From Thermodesulfobacteriota bacterium (GTDB lineage Bacteria > Desulfobacterota > Binatia > Bin18), in assembly GCA_964291405.2 (NCBI GenBank), contig OZ219926.1:1536001-1600000 (forward strand): a stretch of DNA of 64,000 nucleotides, in the 5' to 3' direction. Made by a program: the position numbers and the translations under genes. Positions 50,871 through 59,256 of the stretch are shown here, in pieces. Below the pieces are notes generated by a model, which saw nothing but the letters and a program-made list of their open reading frames with translations, was not told the DNA's origin and made no database searches. Within the stretch, counting starts at the first letter, position 1; every line of letters begins with the position of its first letter.

Positions 50871-52049
50871 CTACTTCCCCTCAAACCAGGCTGTGCCGTC
50901 CAGATATTTTTGAGGCACCAGGACCGCTCCTTCCATAATCCGTCGCGCCGTCCGCTTCGTTGTCACCCGTTCGGCGTACCACTCTCCGCCTCGACGTGAG
51001 ACTGTGGCCCCGACCTCCATGAACCCGGCAGGATGTCCTATCCTGATGTCGTGCGTGGTCGCCCGCCGGGCGACTTCATGCACGACGGTCCCTTCAACCT
51101 GAGCGGCAAGAGCGGTACATATCGCGACCGTCCCCGGCACGGTCCGGTGGGTGTTCCGCATGGAAATCGCGCGGGCCAGCAGGTCAATACTTTCTGCCTC
51201 CACCCTCTTGCCACTACTTGCCAGATAGGCTGCCGGTGGGGCAATCAGCACGACTTTGGGCGTGTGTTGAAACTTCTCGTGAGCCTCCTCAAGACTCGGG
51301 GTGAGGCCAAGTAGAATAGCAGCTTTGCATCGAATCTCTTCCAAGGTCTGCTGCAAGGCTCGCGCTGCATCTAGCGCGGGCGCGAGTTGAGTGGCATCAG
51401 CACCCAATTCGCTGGCACGAACGAACACCGTCGGAATTGCGGCGTCCACAACCGAGATCGTCACAACACGGGAGTCCGCGAGATCACACCGCTGGCGAGG
51501 CAGACCGGTGGGCAACAGGCTTCCGCCGAGCGAGCCACCAGGGTCCGCGTATTCCAGGGTAATACACGCCCCCGGAGCCGGGACGCCATCAATCATATAC
51601 TCGCCCTCAACCACAGCCTGGCCGGCACAGACCGGGACACGGGCGACATAGCGTTTACCCGTATTCGTCGAGAACACACGGATTGTGGTCACCGGCTCTA
51701 CTGCGGGAACAATACCCTCATCAATGGCAAACGGGCCGACCGCCGCCGACATATTGCCGCAGGTACCGCTCCAGTCGATGTGTGGTGTGCGCACGTCAAC
51801 CTGGCCAAAGGTAAAGGTAACGTCGCTGTCCGCCTCCGGACTGCGACCCACAATCACGACTTTGCTGAGAGAAGAAATCCCACCGCCGAGGCCGTCTATC
51901 TGCCGGCCATGGACATCGGGGCTGCCCAGGGCGGCCAGGATGATGCGTTCACGCACGGGCGGCGGATAGGGAGCCAATACATCTTCTCGGAAGCAGACCG
52001 CCCGGCTGGTCCCGCCCCGCATAAAAACAGCGGGTATTTTCGTTTGCAT
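50871..52049 (-). CDS. PrpF family isomerase (2-methylaconitate cis-trans isomerase-like)
   Basis: FMRGGTSR, QIDGLGGG.SSLSK, GTCGNMSAAVG, GHPAG, RTARRIMEG. Confidence 0.9.
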   Translation of the reverse strand: MQTKIPAVFMRGGTSRAVCFREDVLAPYPPPVRERIILAALGSPDVHGRQIDGLGGGISSLSKVVIVGRSPEADSDVTFTFGQVDVRTPHIDWSGTCGNMSAAVGPFAIDEGIVPAVEPVTTIRVFSTNTGKRYVARVPVCAGQAVVEGEYMIDGVPAPGACITLEYADPGGSLGGSLLPTGLPRQRCDLADSRVVTISVVDAAIPTVFVRASELGADATQLAPALDAARALQQTLEEIRCKAAILLGLTPSLEEAHEKFQHTPKVVLIAPPAAYLASSGKRVEAESIDLLARAISMRNTHRTVPGTVAICTALAAQVEGTVVHEVARRATTHDIRIGHPAGFMEVGATVSRRGGEWYAERVTTKRTARRIMEGAVLVPQKYLDGTAWFEGK

Positions 52050-52055
52050 ACGCTC

Positions 52056-53033
52056 CTACGCCTGACGGAATGCCGGCATCACTTCTTTGGCAAAGCGCCG
52101 GAAGGACGCCATATCGTAGTCGGGATACATCGACACAATGAAATACTGCACTCCAGCATCCGCATATGCCTGGACCGCTGCTCTGACAGCGTCAGGCGGC
52201 TGCTTGAGTTGCTCAAGGCTGAGCGATGTAGACTTCTGTATCTCGGCGGGGTCGCGGCCGACCTCTTTGCAGATGGCGTCAAATTTTACCGCGATCCTTC
52301 TGGCCGCTTCAGCTCCTCCTTTACGGACAAAGAAATGCCAGATGTCGGCATGTCGAGCGACCAGCGGCTGGACTACCTTGGGTCCCATTCCACCAATCAA
52401 AATCGGTGGATGGGGTTTCTGGAGCGGCTTAGGCTCAAATGGGGCATCTTTGACCTGATAGTATTTGCCCTCATACGTTGTCTTTTCCTGAGTGAATAGC
52501 ATCTTGATGAGTTCGACAGCTTCGACAAGCCGTCGTGCCCGCCCGCCCGGCGTGTAAAACGGGATGCCAAACGCGTCGTGTTCCAGTTTGAACCAGCCCG
52601 CGCCCATCCCCAGAATCAGGCGGCCGTCACTCACATGATCGACCGTTGCCGCCATTTTGGCGAGCAACGCCGGATTACGATACGTGTTGCCAGTGACGAG
52701 CAGGCCGGTTTTCAACCGCTTCGTCTGAGCGGCAAGGGCCGCGAGCAAGGTCCAGCCTTCTAAACACGGGCCGGCTGGATCGGAAAAGATCGGCAGAAAG
52801 TGATCAAAACCAAAAGCGCTATCATAACCGAGTTCATCAGCCTCCAGCCATATGTCCTGCACTTGGCTGTAGGGCACATGCTGCGGCGGGGTTTGCACTC
52901 CGAACCGGAGCCGACCAGTCGATTCCGCCGAAGCCTGTTGGGGCTGAGAAAGATTGCCGGCTAATGCGGCTGCGGTCACCACTGCGCCGGTATTCTTGAG
53001 AAAGGTCCGACGGGATATCTGCTCTTTCGCCAT
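52056..53033 (-). CDS. LLM-class F420-dependent oxidoreductase with twin-arginine signal peptide
   Basis: ISRRTFLK + hydrophobic stretch + ASA; FDHFLP, LEGWTLL, GNTYRNPALLAKMAATVD, GAGWF. Confidence 0.9.
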   Translation of the reverse strand: MAKEQISRRTFLKNTGAVVTAAALAGNLSQPQQASAESTGRLRFGVQTPPQHVPYSQVQDIWLEADELGYDSAFGFDHFLPIFSDPAGPCLEGWTLLAALAAQTKRLKTGLLVTGNTYRNPALLAKMAATVDHVSDGRLILGMGAGWFKLEHDAFGIPFYTPGGRARRLVEAVELIKMLFTQEKTTYEGKYYQVKDAPFEPKPLQKPHPPILIGGMGPKVVQPLVARHADIWHFFVRKGGAEAARRIAVKFDAICKEVGRDPAEIQKSTSLSLEQLKQPPDAVRAAVQAYADAGVQYFIVSMYPDYDMASFRRFAKEVMPAFRQA

Positions 53034-53076
53034 ACGGTATCCTCCACTTGGTATCATGGCCGCGTTGAACCGTCGG

Positions 53077-53964
53077 TCACGCCTTGGCCATCACGTCGTT
53101 GGCAAAGGCTTCCATCTGCGGATATAGGTCGGTCTGAAATTTTCGACGCGGTACCCAGCCTGGGGCAAACACGAACAGGCGGTGCACCCCGGCGTCTTCA
53201 AACTGTTTCACCGTATCCAATGTCGGCTGGACACCAGGCTCAAGCCCAACGGTAATCTCAAATTGGGAGAAATCCCGACCGGCCTGTTGGGTCAATTCCT
53301 TGAGTTGGCTCACATACGGTTGGACACTCTCGGGGGTATAGCGGATGCCGCACCAGCCGTCCGCCAACTCAGCCGCGCGCTTGAGGGCGGTCCGACTCTC
53401 CCCGCCAAAAACGAGCGGCGGGTAAGGGCTCTGAACCGGCTTGGGGTTAAACCCCACCGGCTTGAAATCGTGAAATTTCCCGGAAAACTGCGGGGTCTCT
53501 TCAGTCCACAAGGTCCGCATGACGCGCACTGCTTCTCGCGTCCGTGCGGCCCGGTCACGAAACGGCATGCCCACCGCCGCAAACTCTTCTTCACACCAGC
53601 CCACGCCAACCCCAAAGATCACCCGGCCCTGCGACAGGACATCCAGGCTGGCCACCGCCTTGGCCACCGCCAGTGTATTCCGCAGGGGAAGCACAAAGAC
53701 GCCGGTTCCGAGCTTAATCGTGGTGGTATGGGCCGCCACAAAGGACAGCGCCACAAATGGGTCATGCAAATTGACGCCCGGCCCGCCGGGAAATTTGCCG
53801 TCCGCAGAACCCGGATAGCGCGCCTGCATCTCAACCGGCACGGCCAAATGTTCGGGAATCCAGACCGATTCATAGCCGAGGGTTTCCGCTTGTTGGGCCA
53901 CTTGGGTCAAGGGCTCGGGCCGCACGGTTGACCCGCTCCCAACGCCGACTAACGCGAATTTCAT
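53077..53964 (-). CDS. LLM-class F420-dependent oxidoreductase (Rv2161c-like)
   Basis: GYESVWIPEH, DPFVALSF, GVGVGWCEEEF, GGES..ALKRAA. Confidence 0.9.
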   Translation of the reverse strand: MKFALVGVGSGSTVRPEPLTQVAQQAETLGYESVWIPEHLAVPVEMQARYPGSADGKFPGGPGVNLHDPFVALSFVAAHTTTIKLGTGVFVLPLRNTLAVAKAVASLDVLSQGRVIFGVGVGWCEEEFAAVGMPFRDRAARTREAVRVMRTLWTEETPQFSGKFHDFKPVGFNPKPVQSPYPPLVFGGESRTALKRAAELADGWCGIRYTPESVQPYVSQLKELTQQAGRDFSQFEITVGLEPGVQPTLDTVKQFEDAGVHRLFVFAPGWVPRRKFQTDLYPQMEAFANDVMAKA

Positions 53965-54003
53965 GTGTTTTTCCTTCCTCTTATCGTCACGCCCGGTCTG
54001 ACT

Positions 54004-54639
54004 TTAGCCGCCATGCGGCGTTCCGAAAATCCGATCACCCGCATCGCCAAGGCCGGGGACGATATAGCCGATGTCGTTGAGGCGGTCGTCAACGGCGGCC
54101 GTATACACGTCAACGTCCGGGTGGGTTGACGCCAGGCGGGTCAGCCCTTCCGGGACCGCCACCAGGCAAATCGCTCGTATGGACCGACAGCCGGCTCTTT
54201 TTAATATGTCAACCGTCGCGCTACAGGTGCCGCCGGTCCCCAACATCGGGTCAATAATCAGCGCGGTCCGCTCGGGCAGGCGGTCAACCAGTTTTTCAAA
54301 ATAGGGTACGGGATCCAGGGTTTCTTCGTTCCGATACAGCCCGACCAGACTGACCTCGATATGCGGCAGAATCTGAAGCACGCCGGGTAAAAGGCCCAAT
54401 CCGGCCCGGACGATCGGGACAACCGTCAACAGGTCCACTCTGAGATGATCCGCCTCAACCGCTCCGGCCCAACCCTGGATCGTTTTCCTTTCAGTCGCCA
54501 AGTCATGTAACGCTTCATAGGTGAGCAGCGTCGCCAGCTCTGCGCTCAATTCGCGAAAGAGCTTGGGCCCGGTTTCAGCCTCTCGGAGCAAATCGATTTT
54601 ATGCCGCACCAAAGGATGGCGTATCTCATGTACTGACAT
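54004..54639 (-). CDS. upp: Uracil phosphoribosyltransferase
   Basis: [50 protein letters not shown]. Confidence 0.96.
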   Translation of the reverse strand: MSVHEIRHPLVRHKIDLLREAETGPKLFRELSAELATLLTYEALHDLATERKTIQGWAGAVEADHLRVDLLTVVPIVRAGLGLLPGVLQILPHIEVSLVGLYRNEETLDPVPYFEKLVDRLPERTALIIDPMLGTGGTCSATVDILKRAGCRSIRAICLVAVPEGLTRLASTHPDVDVYTAAVDDRLNDIGYIVPGLGDAGDRIFGTPHGG

Positions 54640-54648
54640 CGTTCGCTC

Positions 54649-55842
54649 CTAAGACTGCTCAGCCATACATAATTTTTCAATCACGGATAGAATCCGGCCC
54701 GGCCCGTTTTCGAAGGTCTCCCGCCGGATGCTCTCATTGGGCTGATGGGCCTGGTCAAGATCGCCGGGCCCGCAGATCAGAGACGCGATACCGCCTGAGG
54801 CAAACTGACAACCGTCGGTCGCAAACGGCGCCCCGCCGCTGGTCTGTTGGCCGGCCACCTCAAATAATGCGCCTTCGAGGGGGGTTTCCCGAGGTGAAAA
54901 CAACGGCGGCACCACGAGCGGCTTCGAGAATTCGACACTGGCCTGATGGGAGGAGCCACTGAAATCGATCAGGTCAAGGGCTCGGATCCGACGGGTAATC
55001 TCGTGCAGGCAGTCGAGCGGATCGGCCTTGGGCAGGGGCCGGTAGCTGACTTGAATCGTACACTGCTCGGCAATCATATTACCCGCGGTCCCACCGCGAA
55101 CCAATCCGAAGTTCAGCGTCGGATAGGGTGATTCCGGGAACAGCTCGGCAAATTCGGCAGACGGGGCGGCGCGTAATTCGGCCTGATATTGGCCAATTAT
55201 GTTTATGACCTTTGCGGCAACCGCAATCGCGTTCACGCCCGTCTCAGGCGTACTGCTGTGGCCGCCCATGCCGCGGACGCTAATCGAGAAAACCGCCACC
55301 CCCTTATGGGTATGAAAGACTTTGTACGAGGTCGGCTCACCGATCCAGGCCAGGCGAGGCCGAGGGATATCGCCCAACAGGTCAGACAACTCGGGCACGA
55401 GGCGTTCCGCGCCCAGACAGCCCACTTCCTCATCCGCGGTAAACAGAAAGACGACCGGTCGTGTGAGCCGCTTGAGGTCGAGAGCTGCCGCGGCGTCCAC
55501 ACACTGCGCCAAAAAGATTTTCATATCCGAGGTGCCGCGTCCGTAGACGCGATCATCCTCCACGCCAAGGGTCAGCGGATCGCGTGTCCAACCGGGCTGA
55601 TCGAGAAACGGGACCGTATCCACATGGCCGGAGAGGATCAGGCCGTCCGGCTCGGGCGGGCCGGCAAACGCAATCAGATTGGCTTTGGGCACCCCGGCGA
55701 CCTCTGCGCGCTGCAGGGCAACGTCGAAGCCATGCTCCTCCAAATGATTGCCAAGATAGGCCATGGCTTCTACATTACTCTTTTGACTCACGGTGTCATA
55801 ACCAACCAAACGGCCGGCAATTTCTTGCAGATAGTCACCCAT
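54649..55842 (-). CDS. argE: Acetylornithine deacetylase (ArgE-like M20)
   Basis: LSGHVDTVP, YGRGTSDMK, DEEVGCLG, IGEPT, AHQPNE. Confidence 0.82.
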   Translation of the reverse strand: MGDYLQEIAGRLVGYDTVSQKSNVEAMAYLGNHLEEHGFDVALQRAEVAGVPKANLIAFAGPPEPDGLILSGHVDTVPFLDQPGWTRDPLTLGVEDDRVYGRGTSDMKIFLAQCVDAAAALDLKRLTRPVVFLFTADEEVGCLGAERLVPELSDLLGDIPRPRLAWIGEPTSYKVFHTHKGVAVFSISVRGMGGHSSTPETGVNAIAVAAKVINIIGQYQAELRAAPSAEFAELFPESPYPTLNFGLVRGGTAGNMIAEQCTIQVSYRPLPKADPLDCLHEITRRIRALDLIDFSGSSHQASVEFSKPLVVPPLFSPRETPLEGALFEVAGQQTSGGAPFATDGCQFASGGIASLICGPGDLDQAHQPNESIRRETFENGPGRILSVIEKLCMAEQS

Positions 55843-55944
55843 AGCGTTCTGGCCCCTTCCAGTTTAATGCAGGTAACATCATACTAGAAAAATCGGGACG
55901 ACCCGTACAGTCCTGTGAATTGAGCAATAGCGATCGGAAACGCC

Positions 55945-56676
55945 ATGATCAAACTCAGCGTCAACGTCAATAAAATCGCTACTCTGCGCAACGCCCGGGG
56001 CGGCGACCAGCCGAATGTCGTCCGGGCCGCCCAAACCTGCATCGATGCCGGTTGTCACGGCATCACCGTGCATCCACGCCCGGACGGTCGCCATATTCGC
56101 TATCAGGACGTGAGAGATCTGGCCGCCCTGCTCGCAGACCACAGCGGTATTGAATTCAATATCGAGGGCTATCCTTCGACTGAGTTTCTGGACCTGGTCT
56201 GCCAAGTGCGACCGATCCAGTGCACCCTGGTGCCCGACCCGCCGGACGTACTGACCTCAAACGCCGGCTGGGACCTCAGCAGCGATGTTGCCGGGCTCGG
56301 TCAGGTCTTGCAGCGTTTACACGACAACAGCATACGGACCAGTCTTTTTCTCGATCCGGATAACGACCAAGTCAGACGCGCAAAAGAGGTCGGCACGGAC
56401 CGGATTGAACTCTATACGGAACGCTACGCCCGTCTCTTTGGCAGCGCCGAGCAAGACCAAGTCTATGCCGCGTATCACACCGCGGCCCAAACGGCGCAAG
56501 AAGCCGGCCTGGGTCTGAATGCGGGGCACGATCTTAATCTGGAGAACCTGCCTTACTTTGCAGAGCATTTACCCGGTCTGCTCGAAGTGTCCATCGGCCA
56601 CGCCCTGATTTGCGACGCGCTCTACATGGGGCTGGTAGCAAGCGTGAAAGCCTACCTGAACGCGCTTGGGGATTAA
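55945..56676 (+). CDS. pdxJ: Pyridoxine 5'-phosphate synthase
   Basis: LSVNVNKIATLRNARG, GITVHPRPD, NIEG, IELYT, NAGHDL, EVSIGHA. Confidence 0.96.
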   Translation: MIKLSVNVNKIATLRNARGGDQPNVVRAAQTCIDAGCHGITVHPRPDGRHIRYQDVRDLAALLADHSGIEFNIEGYPSTEFLDLVCQVRPIQCTLVPDPPDVLTSNAGWDLSSDVAGLGQVLQRLHDNSIRTSLFLDPDNDQVRRAKEVGTDRIELYTERYARLFGSAEQDQVYAAYHTAAQTAQEAGLGLNAGHDLNLENLPYFAEHLPGLLEVSIGHALICDALYMGLVASVKAYLNALGD

Positions 56677-56718
56677 GGCGGAGTCCTAAGTTGCCTTTCC
56701 TCCCAACACCCAACAAGA

Positions 56719-56758
56719 TTGACGCGCCATGAGGACGGTAATAGATTGTCCTCATGGC
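56719..56758 (+). promoter_or_regulatory. Sigma70-type leaderless promoter with overlapping palindromic operator for the vapBC-like operon
   Basis: TTGACG-17 nt-TAGATT, ATG 6 nt downstream without SD; perfect inverted repeat GCCATGAGGAC-N11-GTCCTCATGGC straddling the -10 box and start codon. Confidence 0.7.
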
Positions 56759-57038
56759 TGCACAGACCATCAAATCGACGTATTCGCTGGATGTCGAATC
56801 CGTAAACACATTAGAGGCGTTGGCACAACGCTGGAAGGTGTCGAAGTCCGAAGTGCTACGGCGTGCTATTCGGAGAGTCGCGATGGAGTGGGAGCCGGAG
56901 AGTAGTACGGCGCTCAGCGCTCTCGACCAATTGCAGGCTTCTCTACGTAAGCGTAAGGTCAATGTCACACAGTGGGCACGGACTCTCAATGCTGAGCGCC
57001 AAGCGGCTGCTCCGCGGCTATCTTCCAAGTCTCAATGA
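56754..57038 (+). CDS. Ribbon-helix-helix (CopG-like) antitoxin
   Basis: STYSLD...LEALAQRWKVSKSEVLRRAI RHH pattern; ATGA overlap with the PIN gene. Confidence 0.85.
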   Translation: MAAQTIKSTYSLDVESVNTLEALAQRWKVSKSEVLRRAIRRVAMEWEPESSTALSALDQLQASLRKRKVNVTQWARTLNAERQAAAPRLSSKSQ

Positions 57039-57406
57039 TCCACTTGGACACGAGCTTTCTGATCCAAGCTCTGAAACCGGGATCCCCTGAAGATCGCAAA
57101 CTGCGAATCTGGATTGAAGAGGGCGAAACCCTGGTAATGAGTACAGTCGCCTGGTCAGAGTTCCTGTGCGGCCCACTTGACCTCTCCGAGATGGAATTGG
57201 CCACTGAAATCGTCGGACAGCGCCGAGACTTCACGCCGGAGCACGCTACGATTGCCGCCCATTTATTTAATGAGTCGGGCAGGCGGCGGGGCTCATTGAT
57301 TGACTGCATGATTGCCGCAACGGCGCTCGTCGATGGTGCACCCATTGCGACTGCGAATGTAGCGGACTTTCGCCGATTTGAGGATTCCGGCCTGACGATG
57401 GCATAA
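57035..57406 (+). CDS. vapC: PIN-domain VapC-type toxin
   Basis: HLDTSFLI, WSEF, IDCMIAATA, TANVADF: conserved PIN acidic residues present. Confidence 0.9.
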   Translation: MIHLDTSFLIQALKPGSPEDRKLRIWIEEGETLVMSTVAWSEFLCGPLDLSEMELATEIVGQRRDFTPEHATIAAHLFNESGRRRGSLIDCMIAATALVDGAPIATANVADFRRFEDSGLTMA

Positions 57407-57419
57407 GGGAAAATCTACG

Positions 57420-57461
57420 ATACCAGCCACTCTAAGCATTGACGACGACCTGCTCATCTGA
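57420..57461 (+). pseudogene. Decayed N-terminus of a second VapB-type RHH antitoxin
   Basis: Reads I-P-A-T-L-S-I-D-D-D-L-L-I-stop after AAGGGA; resembles the MRTTLxIDDDLL VapB start. Confidence 0.45.
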
Positions 57462-57519
57462 GGCTGACCAAGAGCCGAGTAAATGGCTTTCCTAAGAGTC
57501 CAATTCTTTACCGCTGGAT

Positions 57520-59256
57520 ATGAGTCAAGAAACAAGTAGGCCCCAAATCCCGGCCGATGACTTCGCCCGACGCTTTTCGTTACGGGCTAGGAATCTCATG
57601 TGGTTTCTTGGTGCCGGCGCATCGGCCTCTGCCGGCCTCCCGACTGCTATGGACATGATTTGGGAATTCAAACAAATTCTATTCGCCAGCCAGAATCGCA
57701 GTTGGAGCCAAACATCCGTAGACCTTTTCCAGCCAGGTGTACGCCATCGTATTGACGCTCATATCGAATCCCTGGGAAGTATGCCGTCACCCGGCGCACC
57801 GGATGAATACGCCGCGCTGTTTGAAGCGGCGTATCCGGCAGAGTCGGACCGTCGTGCATTCCTAGATGGGAAACTGACAGGCGCTAAGCCATCATACGGC
57901 CACATAGCACTCGCGACGCTGATGCGCCACGAGCAAACGCGCATAGTGTGGACCACGAACTTCGACGCTCTGGTCGCAGATGCCTGCGCCAAGGTATACG
58001 ACACGACAAGCACACTGACTACTATAGATCTTGACTCGACGGACCAAGTTCAGCAGTCACTAGCCGACGAACGCTGGCCCATAGAAGTCAAGCTCCACGG
58101 CGACTTCCGTTCTCGTCGCCTGAAAAATACAGACGATGAACTGCGTCAGCAAGATGCCCATTTGAGGAGTGCACTGGTCGAATCATGTAAGCGTTTTGGT
58201 CTTGTCGTATGCGGATACAGCGGACGTGACGATTCCATCATGGACGCACTTGAGGAGGCGATGGAGCACGAGGGAGCCTTCCCTGTCGGGTTTTTCTGGT
58301 TACACCGAGGGGAAGACTCACCACTACCGCGCGTCGTGCGACTGTTGGAGCGTGGTATCGCTAACAACATTGAAGCAGCATTGGTGCCTATCGAGAACTT
58401 CGACGAGACCCTGCGTGACTTAGTTCGCCTCACTAAAGATATCGACGAGACCGCGCTCAACCAGTTCGCGTCGCAACGCCGGCCTTGGAGCCCAGTGCCC
58501 CTTCAGAGGACTGTTCGCCGCGGTTGGCCCGTCGTACGGTTCAACGCCTTGCCTGTCATCAATGCACCGACTCAGTGCCGCCGGCTAGTTTGCGATATCG
58601 GTGGCACAGCCGAAGTACGTGAAGCCATACAGAAATCCAGCGCGGACGTTCTTGCTGTTCGTTCTCAAGTTGGCGTATTGGCCTTTGGGGCAGACTCTGA
58701 CTTGCGAAATGTTTTCGACTCCTATGGCGTCACTGAATTCGACCTTCACGCATTCGACGTTAAGCGTCAAAGATATGAATCTACGGAACGCGGACTCTTA
58801 GGCGAAGCCCTCAATCGCGCGATTAGTCGACACGGTGGTCTGAACATCATAGGTCACCGACGCTTCGTGCCCGCAGACCCGAAAGATGCAATCTGGAGCC
58901 ACTTGCGGGACTTGGTTGGGATACTGACAGGCGTCGTCAACGGTAACCCCGATCTCCAGTGGTGGGAAGGCATCACCGCTCGATTGGATTGGGCCAATGA
59001 CCGCCTTTGGCTACTCATCGAACCCTGTACGGTATTTGAAGGCATTACCGACGCCAACAAGGGAGCGGCGACCGATTTTGCCCGTGAGCGGACTATCGGA
59101 CGATATAATCATGTGCTCAACGATCTGATCGACTTCTGGGCACGTCACTTATCTCAAGATGAACAGGAGATATGTGCATTAAACACAGGATATGGTGTCG
59201 ACGCTGTTTTTCAAATCTCACCGGTTACCTGTTTCTCCACTAGGATAGTGTCGTGA
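57520..59256 (+). CDS. SIR2-APAZ effector of a short prokaryotic Argonaute system (NADase)
   Basis: WFLGAGASASAG, WTTNFD, KLHGDF, GYSGRDDS SIR2 motifs plus a ~300-aa C-terminal region in the APAZ position; coupled to the pAgo gene. Confidence 0.92.
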   Translation: MSQETSRPQIPADDFARRFSLRARNLMWFLGAGASASAGLPTAMDMIWEFKQILFASQNRSWSQTSVDLFQPGVRHRIDAHIESLGSMPSPGAPDEYAALFEAAYPAESDRRAFLDGKLTGAKPSYGHIALATLMRHEQTRIVWTTNFDALVADACAKVYDTTSTLTTIDLDSTDQVQQSLADERWPIEVKLHGDFRSRRLKNTDDELRQQDAHLRSALVESCKRFGLVVCGYSGRDDSIMDALEEAMEHEGAFPVGFFWLHRGEDSPLPRVVRLLERGIANNIEAALVPIENFDETLRDLVRLTKDIDETALNQFASQRRPWSPVPLQRTVRRGWPVVRFNALPVINAPTQCRRLVCDIGGTAEVREAIQKSSADVLAVRSQVGVLAFGADSDLRNVFDSYGVTEFDLHAFDVKRQRYESTERGLLGEALNRAISRHGGLNIIGHRRFVPADPKDAIWSHLRDLVGILTGVVNGNPDLQWWEGITARLDWANDRLWLLIEPCTVFEGITDANKGAATDFARERTIGRYNHVLNDLIDFWARHLSQDEQEICALNTGYGVDAVFQISPVTCFSTRIVS

